A stretch of 64,000 nucleotides of DNA, from the NCBI GenBank assembly GCA_028534125.1, contig CM052851.1, positions 31,682,001 through 31,746,000 of the forward strand, in the 5' to 3' direction. The DNA is from Lama glama. Lineage: Eukaryota. The notes beneath the pieces were generated by a model. It saw only the letters and a program-made list of their open reading frames with translations, was not told the DNA's origin and made no database searches. Shown here in pieces: positions 49,901 through 63,597 of this stretch (positions within the stretch are counted from its first letter, which is position 1; each line of letters opens with the position of its first letter). The translations under genes and the position numbers were made by a program.

Positions 49901-52900
49901 CATGAGGAGAAGGGATGGAGAGTGCAGGTGCCCAGTGAAGGGAAACACCCCCTTTAGGGGGCAGAGGACACTTCATCCCTTCACATAGCACTCTCCAGAC
50001 CCTTGCCCCAGCCAAGCCTTGTACTGAGCTCTGTGGAAACCCAGAGAGAAGTGGTGATGACAGCAGCTGCTGTCAGTGCATGGTGACTGAAAAGGGTTTT
50101 GCATCCTTTGTCCCTGCAGAGTGGGCAGATTTTAAAGAGAGGAAATTAAGGCTCAGGGAGGTTAAGTGACTCATTCTCTGTCACACAGCTAAGATGTTCA
50201 AAACTGAGTTTCAAACCCGGCCTCTGTGGCCCCAGAGTTGGGCTCTTTTGTCTACCTTGAGATCAGTTTGGCCAGATTGTGAGTCCTCTAACAGGCAGAG
50301 CCACCCCATGAGGGAATGAACTGCCTGTCAAGATAGTAAGCTCCCCATCAATGAACGTATTCAAGCAAGACTGCATGAGCAGTCCTCTGGAAGGTCTGAT
50401 AGGGATTTTTCCCCTTTGGGTGTGGTTAGACCAGGTGACCTGATACTCCTCTTTCAGCCCAGGGGGTGTCATTTTCAGGTAACTTTTATCAAGCCCCTAT
50501 CTGCCTGTCACCCCTGCCAAGTTCTGGCCCCAGGCCCCAGGGCTAACCTGCGAAGTGGTTTGTTGAAAGCAAATCCCCGCAAACCTACTCCACTCAGTTT
50601 ATGGAGTAACGAGGCTTTAAAAAAGCAGTTCTGCCATCAGCATCTCCAACAACATGTAAGATGTCATGACTTATTTTTAACTTTAAAAATATCGACTTGT
50701 GGTTGCCATGGTTACACAGTATCTAGGTAGTTCCAGTTAAACAAAGCACCATTTAAGGCCAGGATGCAATATTCAGGGCTGTTCACCTCTTCCCTCCTCT
50801 TGCCGCCTTCCACCCACCCAGTCCCACCTGGAGGGAAGGGCTCCAGCACCCCGCAACATAGAGCTTTGCTGTCCCCTCAGAATGGCCACTGGGGGAGTGT
50901 AGGAGCCAGGCCATCATTCCATCTGGTCCCCACAGGATTCCTGAAAGAAATCCAGCCTCCAACCATGCCCTGAACCTCCAGGCTCCTGAGTCCAACAGAC
51001 AATCTTCTCTGTGGCCAGCAAGAATTGACACTGTGCCCTCAAGAGACCAGGTTGGGGTGGGTGGCAGAGCCCCCCTTAGATCCATGACACCCCGAGGTTT
51101 GCTTTCTCATTCATTCGGCACATGTTTCCTGAGCCTGTGACCAGGGCCAGGGAATTCAGACATGACTGAGACACAGACTCTGAGCACAGGGAGCTCACAG
51201 TCTAGTGGGGGAGACAGATCTGTGGACAGTCCCAGTACAGAGTGACCAGTCACCCAGCAGGCAGCATTGAGGAGAAAACGACTGGGGGGCAATTTCTGTT
51301 CATTTTGCCACTGAGTCCCAAGTGCCAAAATAGTGCCTAACACATGGCAGACATTCTGCATCAAGATGGATGAATCAATGAGTGAAAAGATGAATGAATG
51401 AGTGAAAAAATGAATGAATGAATATCCCTCAAATGTAGCACGTCCCTCTCCATCCTCCCTGCCAAATGCCCTTTTGGGGATTGGCTTCCCATGTTGCACA
51501 GTTCCAGGGGTGCCATTTACGTGGACTGCGTTGCCATGATGCCCCCTGGAGTTGTGAAGGGCAGGGCGGCCCTCTGACCCCTGATACTTCTTCCTTGGAT
51601 CATTGCAGTAATCTCCTAACTGGTTTCCTGACTCCCACATTCTCTCCTCTTGTCCATCTTCTACCATTGTCACCAAAATGAAGCACCACAGAAAAGTAAC
51701 TGAGTCATTCTCCTCTCACTGTTACCCTGCAGTCCTTGGGTTGATGTCCAGCCTTATAAGCATGGTTTACAAGACCCTTTGTCAGCTGGTTCCTCTCCAG
51801 CCTCATCTCTCCCCAACCCCCACCTTGCCCTGTACACTTGAGTCAGACAGAGCAATGCTCTCTACTCCTCCTCCTACTGGTCCTTCAGACCCAGACCAGG
51901 TGCCCCCTTCTTCCATCCAAGCCAAGTCCCGTCTGTTCCCTCTGCCCCAGTGCTCACAGGCCACCCACTGCTTGACCTGGGGACAGGACCTGGCCTTGCT
52001 GATCTGGGATCCCCACTCTCAGGCACAGTGTTCGGCTCAGAGTCTGTGCTCAGTAGGGTCAATAGAACCATCGCCATCAAAGGCCCTGGCACCTGGCCAG
52101 GGGGGATGGTGCCTACCTCTGGCTCCTCATCTGGGCAGGCAGCACGAGAAGGGAGGTGGTCCCCGCAGCTTCTCTCTCCTGCTGGTCACACAGAGCCCCC
52201 CTCCTGTTTACCCTCGCTCTTCCACACTCCTGACACTCCTCCACACCCCTCTCCACAAAGCTGCCCACCCCCTCCACCCCCATCCCCAGATCATCTGCCA
52301 AAACCTCGGGCACTGGGGCTGGGGCGTGAAAGGGCTGGGGGGGGGGCTTGTGCCTGTCACCTCCCATTTCATCTGCCAGGTCTGGGATCCTTCTTTTGGC
52401 CTGTTGACTTGGAGTAAGACTTGCAACGATGGCGATAATAACAGCAGTGACGGGCTGTGTAGCGTTCACTGTGGCTGGGCTGCACTGCTGGTCCAAGGAC
52501 TCACTGACATTCACTCTTGCACGTTTTCAAGATGAGTGAGTTTGTGATGGGAGGAGTGCTCCCAGTTGACCTAGAAGGCACAGGGGGACTAGTAAATGGC
52601 TGCACTGACACTGCCAGGACTTGAACCCAGCCTCGCTGGTCGATGGTGGAGGCTCCTGACCGCTCCCTCACACTGCCTTTGAGAGCCCCATATGGGGCAC
52701 ACTGGGAGTACCTTTCGTCCAGCCCTCCCTACACAGGAGAGAACCCGAGGCCCAGAGAAGGCAGAGGACAGCGAGTGGGAGACAAAGCTAGAGCAGAGCC
52801 CTGGGCCCCAGCATCCGGGCCAGCCCAGCCTCCCGTCTCAGTCCCAGCCTCTGCAGGCTGACAGAGGACTCAGTCCCCGGAGGCTCTGGCTGGAAGAAGA

Positions 52901-55900
52901 CAGATCCTACTCCAGAGGGAAGAGCAGGACGTTAGGGGTCTCTGCTTCTTTGGGATTCGACATGTTAATAGACTGGGGATGGGGGAACCCTTTGTGCACC
53001 TGTAGGTCTGCTCTGATACCCTACAGTCTCATCTCCGATGTGGAAGCCTTTCTTTATTCTTTCATTGTAATGTGTTCTCTCAGCTTCCTGCCCAAATCTT
53101 AGTTATAAAGTGCTTCCCAGTTTACATAGCACTTCCACGTCTGTTTCCTCACTTATCTTCCCAATAGTTCTAGGAAGTAGGCATCTTTACCCCCATATTA
53201 CAGATAGGAAAACTGAGGCTTAGACCATGTGCTGTACGAGCTTACACATCACATTGAGGACAGTGTATTCTCAAATGCTTGCTGGCCCTGCCATCCAGGA
53301 TATGTGTACGCTAGGGAACCTCTTATTGACTTAGCTTTCTCCTCTCTCGAACATGAGGCACAGTGAGGACAGGGCAGCTTAAGGGGCACAGGCAAGGGCA
53401 GGCATTGATGCTACAGAGGTAAAGACTCAGGGCCTCTCTCTGTACCCTCCTCTTCATCCTGGGCCCCCATCTGCTTGAGTGGGCCACAGATGGGTCAGTG
53501 TTTTGCTCCTGGGTGGAGGAAGAAGGAATCTGAAGAGTCCCAGAAGAAATGTGGGTAGCCTGAAATGGGCCAAAGTGGGCCCTACACCAGACGGACTGCA
53601 CATGTCAACTCCCAGCCTCACCTGTCTCCCCCACCCCAGACCCTCACAGCAGAGTGTGTCTGACCTCACCAGACCCCGAAGACCCTCTGAGTTCCTACAT
53701 CAACGCTAACTACATCCGGGTATGTAGCCCCATCCTGATGGCCTCTCCCTGAAAGGGAGGACCAAGCCAACGGGATCCAACCTCTAGACTGGTCCCTGAG
53801 CCGGTGCGGCTCCTGGCAGCCCCTGGGAAGAGTCTGAGTGTGGGGACTGGGCCCGGGGACACAGCATCTGGCCCTCACGGCCTGGACTTGGCTGGCCACA
53901 GGGCTATGGTGGGGAAGAGAAGGCGTACATCGCCACTCAGGGACCCATTGTCAGCACGGTCGGCGACTTCTGGCGCATGGTGTGGCAGGAACACACGCCC
54001 ATCATTGTCATGATCACCAACATCGAAGAGATGAACGAGGTAGGCGCCCCTATGTCCTACCAAGTGTTTGCTGCTTTGTGCCCAACGCTAAGCATCTTGT
54101 TTCCATGTTAATCCTTACAGCAGTCTTGTGAGGTGGGTATGTTCACCTCACCGCCTGCCAAGGTGAAGAAATGTGAGTCTCAGTGAGGTTAAGTCAGCTG
54201 CTCAGGGCCACACAGGTAGTCAGAGGCAGAGCCTGGCACTGGCTTCTCCACCTCCAGGGCCCATCATCTTAAACAAAATGTTCTGCTGCCACCCAGCCTG
54301 CCAGGCTGATGCTGGCTACTTCTGTACCCATCATGGCCCATTTAGTTGAACCCCCATAAAAGACCTTCAAAATGGGTATTACTTCCATTTTCCAGGTGGG
54401 GAAACTGAGACTCAAAAAAGAGAAGTAATGTACAGGTTATGAAGCTGAGATTTGAACAATCTAACTGCAAACCTACTGCCCTTTTCTCTCTCTCCCCCCT
54501 GGCCCGGGAGGGGCATTGGGGAGAGTATGGTTGGGGCACTGGGTGTGTATCGCAGCCTGATCTGGGCCCCTGCAGAAGTGCACCGAGTATTGGCCAGAGG
54601 AACGGGTGGTGTATGATGGCGTCGAGATCACTGTGCGGAAAGTTATCCACACTGAGGATTACCGGCTCCGACTCATCGCCCTCAGGGTGAGGCCTGGGGC
54701 TGGGCTGGGCTGGGCTGGGAAGAAGGGGGACTCCACAGCTTACAGGGTCCAATAGCTGAAATCAAGTTATGGGTAACTCCCAGGATTTGCTGATAAGCGG
54801 GGATGCGGGAGGGAGGGGTGAATGGACTTGGGGACCAGAGGTGGAACCAAACCCTCTGTTGCATTTCATGTTGTTGGGGGCTCTCTCTGTCTACACTGCC
54901 ATTCATAATACCTCCCAGATCTGCTTCAAATGCACCCAAGTCCAGGACTGTCTCGATTAGGGGGCTTCAGCAGCCTCCTGAACTGTCTGTATAACGGAGC
55001 TCTGAGATCCTGCCTAGAAGCATCCCTTCACCTGGGATGCTGGGCTTTGTCCTGTAGTACCGAATCTTTCCACCAGAGGGAAGGCACTCCCTGCTGCATT
55101 TGGGTTGCACAGGGAGATAGTGGTTACAGAAAAAGAAAAAGGAAAAGAAAAAGAAGGCATACAAAATATGAGCAATATAAAACAGCCCAGAAGAGTAGGG
55201 GGAGGTATCCTCCCACCCTGAAGATTTTTCTTCCAGGCTTAGAAAAAAGGAGATTGTTCCTTTGGAGTCAGGAGAATTAGTAGGTTCTGTTTTTGAGAAA
55301 TGTGATGACCCATGTTTGAGGACAGTGGAGCCACTATAGTAACTCCAAAGGCTGGAAGAGGTGAGCTGGGCACCAGGAAGCTGACATCCTATCCAGAAAC
55401 AGCCTAGGAGGTCCACTGTTGCTGGCACCCACAGGGTCTGGATAGGATATCAAGGGCCTGAGACTTGTTCCTCTGAACCGCCCTCTCCCACTGCAAAAGG
55501 TGCCGGATGGGGTGTCAGGGAGAACTCAGCCCCTGCAGGGCAGTGTCCACCTAAGTACCTCCAAGATACAGGCTTGCTGGAGGGCAGAAAGGGTGAGGAG
55601 GTGCCGGGCAGAGTCCATGGTAGCTGTCACGGCCAGGTAACCCAGGGGCCCAAGGAGCCAGCTTCCTATTTCCCCTAAAAGAGAAGCTGGGGTGAGGTGG
55701 GGGCTGCCTCATCTTCTCACTGCAGTGGGACTGGTTAAGGAAGAACTGGGACAGCTTAGGGTTTGGGGGTATTTACTTCTGTCCATAAACCTTTACAAGT
55801 AGCCTGTCCTGAGCCTGGTTCTGGGTTGGGTACTGGGAACACAGAGCTGTCCAAAGCCTGGACTCTCTCCTCAAGGAGGACCTATAAAAATGATAAGTAC

Positions 55901-57702
55901 TGAGCTAGAAGTAGGTAAGAACACAGAGGAAGGATACTCTGCCAAATAGGGTGCTCAGGGAGGGCTTCCTGGAAGGAATAGTACTGAATGGGGTTCTGAA
56001 GGATGAGTAAGAGTTCACCAGGGGGCAAACAAGTCGGGGAACCATTCCAGGCAGAGAGAAAGTACAAGTAAGGGCATGAAAGATAGACTAGCTCTGTGCG
56101 TGTGTACGTGGAAGGGGCGGGGGATGCAGAAGTTTGGAGTGCGGGAGCATCCAGTGCAAGTTCGCAGGAGGTGGGCCTGGAGGGGTACACCCTGTACTGT
56201 GTGTCTTACTTGCCAGGCTGAAGACTAGGGAGGGTAGGGTTTTTTCTGACAGCAATGAGAGCCATCAAAGTATTCTGCGCAGGAGAGCAACATGTGCTGT
56301 AGACAGACAGTTTTGACCCGTGTGGAGACGGGGCAGTCAGGGAGGAGGAAGGAGGGTCTCACACAGTCCAGAGGTGATAAAGGCCAAAGTGGAGGTGGTG
56401 GTGGTGGAGAAGGGATCATGGAGAGGGTGAGGGTGGGTAGGAAAGTGTACTGAGATGAGAGGAAGTCCCAGGGCTCTGGGCTATGTGACCGGGGGGTGAC
56501 TGGGCTGTTTGTTAAGGGGTCACCAAGAGACAGCAGTGAATTGGAGAAGGGACTTCTCGCCTCTCTTGGATGGTCCTGGAGTTGCTGGGACAGAACTGGT
56601 GTGAAGACCAGTGCTGATGCTGCTGACCAGCCCCCACTGCCAAACTGGCTCCGGGCCTCTGTCTGGTGCTGCTGGGCAACATGGTGTAGGTGGCAGAGGC
56701 CTGGGGTCCCACTCCCTGTGTCCTCCCTCCTGTGTGGTTCCTCCTCCCACCTCCATCTCTGGGCTGGTTTGTGGGCTCCAAGCGTTCACATGTATCTGGG
56801 TTGGGCCTCTGTCTCCTGGACAGAGTGGGACGGAAGAGCGAGGCCTGAAGCATTACTGGTTCACATCCTGGCCTGACCAGAAGACCCCAGACAGGGCCCC
56901 CCCGCTCCTGCACCTGGTGCGGGAGGTGGAGGCAGCCCAGCAGGAGGGGCCCCGCTGCGCCCCCATCGTTGTGCACTGCAGGTGGGTCCTCCCAGACACC
57001 CACTAGGGCCGGGCAGCCTCCCCCCGCTCCTGGGCTGCCCTGCCCCTCACCNNNNNNNNNNNNNNNNNNNNNNNNNNNNNNNNNNNNNNNNNNNNNNNNN
57101 NNNNNNNNNNNNNNNNNNNNNNNNNNNNNNNNNNNNNNNNNNNNNNNNNNNNNNNNNNNNNNNNNNNNNNNNNNNNNNNNNNNNNNNNNNNNNNNNNNNN
57201 NNNNNNNGGGGCACGTGGGGCAGCAGAGAGAGACGATGTGTGCGTGGGGTGAGGGGCAGGACACACCGCGCGGGCCTGACCTGCGGGCGGGAAGTAGGGA
57301 GGGCAGATGGGTAGAGGAGCTCCATCCAGTTGGTGGCTGGATGAAGAGGGGAGAGAAACAGCTGATGGATGATGAAAGAGCAGGGGCTGAGACTTGTGGG
57401 ATATGTCACCTGTGTCCCCGCTGTCTATGCCAGAGCTGGGAGGGACAGGAAGGGGCAGAGGGGCGTGGCTGGCCAGGCTTGGTCTCTAAGCTGCACAAAG
57501 GCTCCGCCCCCGGTGTGCCTCACAGATGACTGGCACTCTGTGGGTTTGGGGCGCCTCCGCAGCCATCCCCCTACGACCCTATCTCCACTGTGCGTCTCTG
57601 CCGCGCAGGGGCGGCATGATCCAGACGTGTGAGCAGTACCAGTTTGTGCACCACGTCATGAGCCTCTACGAGAAGCAGCTGTCCTGCCAGTCCCCAGAGT
57701 GA
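24403..57702 (+). CDS. PTPN5: PTPN5 / STEP61-like tyrosine-protein phosphatase non-receptor type 5, spliced CDS (13 coding exons, one inferred in an N-gap; ~538 aa)
   Basis: Exons translate to [20 protein letters not shown]...[19 protein letters not shown]...[10 protein letters not shown]...[10 protein letters not shown]...YIATQGP...DFWRMVWQE...WPDQKTP...VHC...[30 protein letters not shown]. All visible introns are GT-AG and phases join in frame. Confidence 0.98.
24991..25207. repeat. 107-bp direct tandem duplication (2 copies, 1 mismatch)
   Basis: catgataagcagccttggg...aaataat starts at 24991 and 25098; the only difference seen is A25037 vs G25144. Confidence 0.95.
26640..27630 (-). mobile_element. 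Solo LTR (MER21-like)
   Basis: Ends ...cacaatatcaca (reverse strand TGTGATATTGTG); internal ...gagatagcctcagatcccgcaggtaaagggctcaatcccacaag... recognised as MER21-family-like. Confidence 0.65.
27064..27212. repeat. 54-bp minisatellite, ~2.75 copies, inside the LTR
   Basis: AGCACCTCT recurs at 27066, 27120 and 27174. Confidence 0.95.
31335..31428 (-). mobile_element. Camelid-type tRNA-derived SINE
   Basis: ggattgaacccaggacctcaagcatactaagcatgcactctaccactgagctatacc; same family as 10169. Confidence 0.88.
32455..32700. mobile_element. MaLR (MLT1-like) LTR fragment
   Basis: ttatctattgctgcc...cttagtgacttaaaacaacaaccattttattt...cttagctgggtggttcttctg is characteristic of MLT1. Confidence 0.65.
32785..32936 (+). 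mobile_element. MER2/Tigger-type non-autonomous DNA transposon
   Basis: TA-flanked cagtcattcctcggcattc...ggttggttccagg...ctcaagtcccttatat...; degenerate inverted end ...gatagagagggcc. Confidence 0.7.
33620..33733 (-). mobile_element. Camelid-type tRNA-derived SINE
   Basis: gaggtattggggattgaacccaggacctc...ctaagcatgcactctaccactgagctat; T-rich tail; similar T-rich flanks. Confidence 0.88.
35854..36268 (+). mobile_element. Internally deleted Tigger1 (TcMar) with a SINE inserted (35978-36062, - strand) and N-gap 36063-36202
   Basis: Left end CAGGCGTACCT...ttttttacaaattgaaggtttgtggcaacc; right end ...ggtctggaaccaaaccctcaatatctccaaggtacacctg; TA precedes the left end. Confidence 0.85.
43852..43898. 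repeat. (CT)n microsatellite
   Basis: Directly visible, ~330 bp upstream of the exon at 44228. Confidence 0.95.
44228..44421 (+). CDS. PTPN5: PTPN5 exon: polyproline region and start of hydrophobic segment 1
   Basis: [16 protein letters not shown]...[20 protein letters not shown]...[12 protein letters not shown]; 194 nt; CAG| and |GTAAGG. Confidence 0.96.
44958..45065 (+). CDS. PTPN5: PTPN5 exon ([36 protein letters not shown])
   Basis: 108 nt; CAG| and |GTGAGT. Confidence 0.95.
45310..45387 (+). CDS. PTPN5: PTPN5 exon, hydrophobic segment 2 ([26 protein letters not shown])
   Basis: 78 nt; CAG| and |GTAAGG. Confidence 0.93.
45873..46114 (+). CDS. PTPN5: PTPN5 exon: second proline-rich/PEST region, PKA site RRQS, STEP46 start Met (ATG 45978, MEEKVEDD), first half of KIM
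   Basis: [12 protein letters not shown]...[38 protein letters not shown]...SMGLQER; 242 nt; TAG| and |GTGGGA. Confidence 0.96.
47268..47457 (+). CDS. PTPN5: PTPN5 exon: KIM second half ([11 protein letters not shown]) and KIS region
   Basis: 190 nt ending LLQAEFF|GTGAGT. Confidence 0.97.
49715..49799 (+). CDS. PTPN5: PTPN5 exon: PTP domain KNRY loop
   Basis: [28 protein letters not shown]; 85 nt. Confidence 0.97.
53640..53719 (+). CDS. PTPN5: PTPN5 exon: PTP domain ([27 protein letters not shown])
   Basis: 80 nt; YINAN motif; |GTATGT donor. Confidence 0.97.
53902..54039 (+). CDS. PTPN5: PTPN5 exon: PTP domain ([15 protein letters not shown]...DFWRMVWQE...[10 protein letters not shown])
   Basis: 138 nt; canonical PTP motifs. 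Confidence 0.97.
54576..54686 (+). CDS. PTPN5: PTPN5 exon: PTP domain ([37 protein letters not shown])
   Basis: 111 nt; KCxxYWP motif. Confidence 0.97.
56824..56981 (+). CDS. PTPN5: PTPN5 exon: WPD loop to catalytic Cys ([22 protein letters not shown]...PIVVHC-S)
   Basis: 158 nt; CAG| and |GTGGGT. Confidence 0.97.
57052..57207 (+). other. PTPN5: Assembly gap (156 N) inferred to hide the PTPN5 exon encoding SAGIGRTG...QDR
   Basis: The P-loop exon is absent from the called bases; flanking exons are phase 2/phase 2; the gap is preceded by a pyrimidine-rich tract. Confidence 0.85.
57609..57702 (+). CDS. PTPN5: PTPN5 last coding exon (Q-loop [12 protein letters not shown]...QSPE*), followed by 3' UTR
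   Basis: GCAG| acceptor; TGA at 57700-57702. The 3' UTR probably ends in the gap 58631-58770, as no AATAAA is seen before it. Confidence 0.97.
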
Positions 57703-60039
57703 CCAAACCCTCCTCCCATGAGGTCCTCTGGGTATCACCCAGCCTGAGTCTGGGCCCTTATCCCGGCCACACCCACGGCCCTGCCTCGGCCTGGCCTGCT
57801 CCCTGTCCCTGCCTCTCCTGCTTCCTTCTCTTCAGTCTGCTCCCCCTCCTCAGCCTTGGCCTGGCCCCTGCCCCCCAACATAGCTCTTCTACTGTACATA
57901 TTGGGGAGTGGGGCAGGATGGGGGAGGGATGTGCCAGGCCAGGCCTGGGGCCCCAGGGCCTGACCCACACTCTGCAACCTGGGGCCTCAGTTTTTAACAA
58001 CGGTTCCATTGCTACTTGATCCACAACGTTTCTGTGCCGCACTCCACGTGTCCTGCTGCAGCGTGTTCCGTCTGTCCATCCATCTCTGCTATCTGTACCG
58101 GACACTGTGTCTCCTCGGCCCAGGAGAGGGGTAATGAGCTCTACCCCCTAAGTAGCCCAGGCAGAGGTGCCTGCCTCACTCCTCCCAACAGGCAGATTGC
58201 ACTTTGCCCTTAGTTATTGGGACCAGGATGGGCAGGGGCCCCTGAGGACCTGGAGGTCAGGCGTGGGGAGCTCCTGAGGGGTTTGCAAAGAGATCTCACT
58301 GGGGAGAGGTCTGTGGGTCGGGGTGGAGGGGAGGAGGACCACGGCCAAGGTAGCCTTTGAGTATCGGATGCCCTCAGGAGGCAGTGACCAGCCTGTGAGG
58401 CAGCCAGGGAGGAAGGGGACGGATGGGGGCAGTGAACCCAGAGGACCTGGAGCCTGGTGGGAGAGAGGGAGCTCCGAGGGTAGAGTGGGGACTCGGCCCC
58501 AGGTCTGTGTGAAACATTTTCTTATGTCACCGTGGGATATCCCTCCCAGAAGTCTCACCCCGTGTAGCTCTGCGTGTGTTCCGGGTCCATGCGTGTGTTG
58601 AGAGCCCATCAGCAGGGCGTGCATGACTCTNNNNNNNNNNNNNNNNNNNNNNNNNNNNNNNNNNNNNNNNNNNNNNNNNNNNNNNNNNNNNNNNNNNNNN
58701 NNNNNNNNNNNNNNNNNNNNNNNNNNNNNNNNNNNNNNNNNNNNNNNNNNNNNNNNNNNNNNNNNNNNNNCAAAACTAGCCTCCTGGGTCCATGTGATTG
58801 CCTCCCCCTCCACTCCTTGCCTCACTGTACCCTCCTCCTAGTGCCCCTCCTCCTAGAACAGGTTCACACATGAGTGCCGCACCCCCGACCCCAGCCTCCA
58901 GGCCTGGCCTTAAGATCCCTACTGCCCCCTTGTGGAGATTAGGAGTATGAAGTGAATCCAGATTTTGAACAGCCAAAGTCCATTGGATGGGATTCTCACA
59001 CACCCTCACCCTCCCACCCAGCCAGGAGCCAGGGGCCATGGGAAGCTTCAAGGACAGGTGTTGGTGGCTTCTAGAGAAGGAAAAGTGACTGGCAGGCCAC
59101 CTTCTCTGACAAATGGGCCAAAGAGGCCAAGGCTGGGGCAAGGGGACATTCAGATCACACCCAGGCCCCTCCCTGTTGGCCAGCCCAGTTATCCTCTGTT
59201 AGCTTGTGGGTCCCAACAGCTGCTGCAGCCCAGCAATTTCCCTTGTTAAGTCCTGGGAGCCCGGGAATCTGCCCCTAGGCAAAGATCCTGAGCCTCCTAG
59301 ACACTCCTGCTCTATTCTTACCCCAGCCCCCAGGGATGCAGCAAAAGTAGCTCTCCTGCCTTTGCTGACAGGTGTGGGTCACTCTGGGACAAGAGGTCAC
59401 TCCTGGGCAGGGATGCTCACCAACCAGCAAGTCCTTACAAGGTAGCAGAGCCTTGAGTGGGCTGTTCGAGGGTCTGGACATGAAGATATACCACAGACAA
59501 TGAGGAAAGAACAGGGAGTGGCTTGGGTAGCTGGGGTCCTGCTCTCCACCCACCCTCCAACAGGAGGATGGGCCCTTCTACCCTTCTGCCCACATTAGGG
59601 TGTTGGGCTGTAGGAGGGGGAGGAGAGCTAACATGTCCCTGTCCTCTCCCAGGGTGGCCCATGAGGCCACTCAGGCTGTGCAGGTACCACATGTAGAGCA
59701 TGACATGAATGGTGCCCCCTGGATTTGTGCAAAATGACAGACCCACCAGCCTCTTCCCGGCTCACCTGCTCCCAGTCCTTGGAAAACACAGATCTGTTGC
59801 TTTGCTCCCCACGCCCTGTTGGACAGACACATGCACACTCTACCCTGAGCCCTTCAGCTCAGAGAGGTCCCACCTGGCAGCATGAAGAGCCAAAACCTCT
59901 GCACAACAGAACAGGAAAAATACCCCAGGACCACCACCCTCAGCCTCCCACCTGCCTGGTCCACCCTGTTTCTTCCAGCCCCTGCCCCAGCCTCAGCCCC
60001 CCATCCCTCAAAGCCGTGTGCCAACCAGCCGGGGCAGCT

Positions 60040-60217
60040 GCAGAGCCTGAGTAAGGGATCGTCCCCAGGAACCATTTAAGGAACCAGTGACTCTTGGTGG
60101 CTCCACTGCTGGGGCAGAGGAGGAAGGAGACTGGCCAGTCTACAGCCCAGGCACCAGCTACACCTCCAGAGTGGTGGACACAGCGTTCGGGGGTTAAGAG
60201 AGACTGGTCATGCAAAG
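60040..60217 (+). other. IGSF22: Candidate non-coding exon 1 of IGSF22 (start approximate)
   Basis: Strong donor AAG|GTAAGG at 60217 between the PTPN5 3' end and the first IGSF22 coding exon; positional inference only. Confidence 0.35.
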
Positions 60218-61454
60218 GTAAGGCTTCTTTCTTCCCTCAAGAAAGGGGCATAGCCTGCTACCTTCTGAGCCCAGAGAGGGACAGCAGGAGCTGGGACAGG
60301 GGACTGGTCTCAGAACTCAGAGGGAAAAGTAGACCAGGCAGATGTGTATTGTAGAGGAGGGAGTAAAGCTTAGCCCCAACCTCCTGGCTGGGAAGAAGGC
60401 TTTGAGGCACCCTGGAAGGTAGTGAACTTGAGTCAAGAAGCTAGAACTCTAGTCTGAGTGACCTTGGACAGGTTATTTCTCTCAGACATCACTTTCTCTT
60501 AAAATAGAGGTTTAAAAAAACTGTCACTTTGGTTAAATAAAAGGTGGCATGTACATCCATGCATCGGAATACTGTGTAGCTGTTAACAAGAATGAGAAAA
60601 TTTTATGAACTGAGACAGGAAGATCTCCAAGATGTGTCAAGTGAAAGGGGGGTACCTTCTGTGTAAACAAGGGGAAGAAGACAAAAACATACTCATATTT
60701 GCATGAAGGAGCTCCAGAAGGAGCCTAGAGACCACAAGTGGTTACCTGCTGGGGAGGGTTGGGTGATGGAGGGGCCTAGGAGTGGGAGGGAGCCTCTTCA
60801 CAGAGATGTTAATTATTGTTTTTTTTAATGTTGTGATTGAATTACTGATTCAAAAAAAAGTATAAGAAATCAAAACTGAGCCTCTGTCTTTACCATGTCA
60901 CAAACAAAAGCAGAGCTGTAGAAATGTGCTGTCATATATCTTAGCGTTCCCCCGATGCCCTGCAAGAAGATCTGGAGTTTCCTTTCAAGGCCCGCTCCAG
61001 TTTGACTTAGTCAGGAAGTTCCTTTTCAGGTTTGACTTCATTCCCTCCTGATGGAACATCCAGCACCACCCTACTAATTCCATGTAGCTATCAATAGGGA
61101 TCCTCAATTCCCTCGGGGCCTTCCTGGGTTCGGGGGTAAGTCTAAACCCTACTCCTCCCCCTCCAAGGACTTGGAATGGTTTGCGGTTAATAAGTGGGGG
61201 ACAGGCCCATTGGGCTTCTAGCCAACCAAGAAAAGGGAGGCACCAAGGGAAGAGAAGAGAGGCCAGAGAGAATAGGCTTGCTGCCCGACCTCTCTTCACC
61301 CTCTCCTGTGCACAGCCATCTCCCCTTGTGTCCACCTGTCCTGTCCCTCCTCCACCCCAACACACACACACACAAATGTAAGAGCATTTCTGAGTCTCCC
61401 CCCCCGCTCCCTTCCTTGTTCTTCATGGCCTCATCCTCCCCCTGGTCCTCCCAG

Positions 61455-63597
<2,143 letters not shown>

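Noticed and set aside
51678-52535. 285-aa ATG-started ORF in a PTPN5 intron
   Set aside because: Begins in an L2 remnant, compositionally biased, no domain or splice support.
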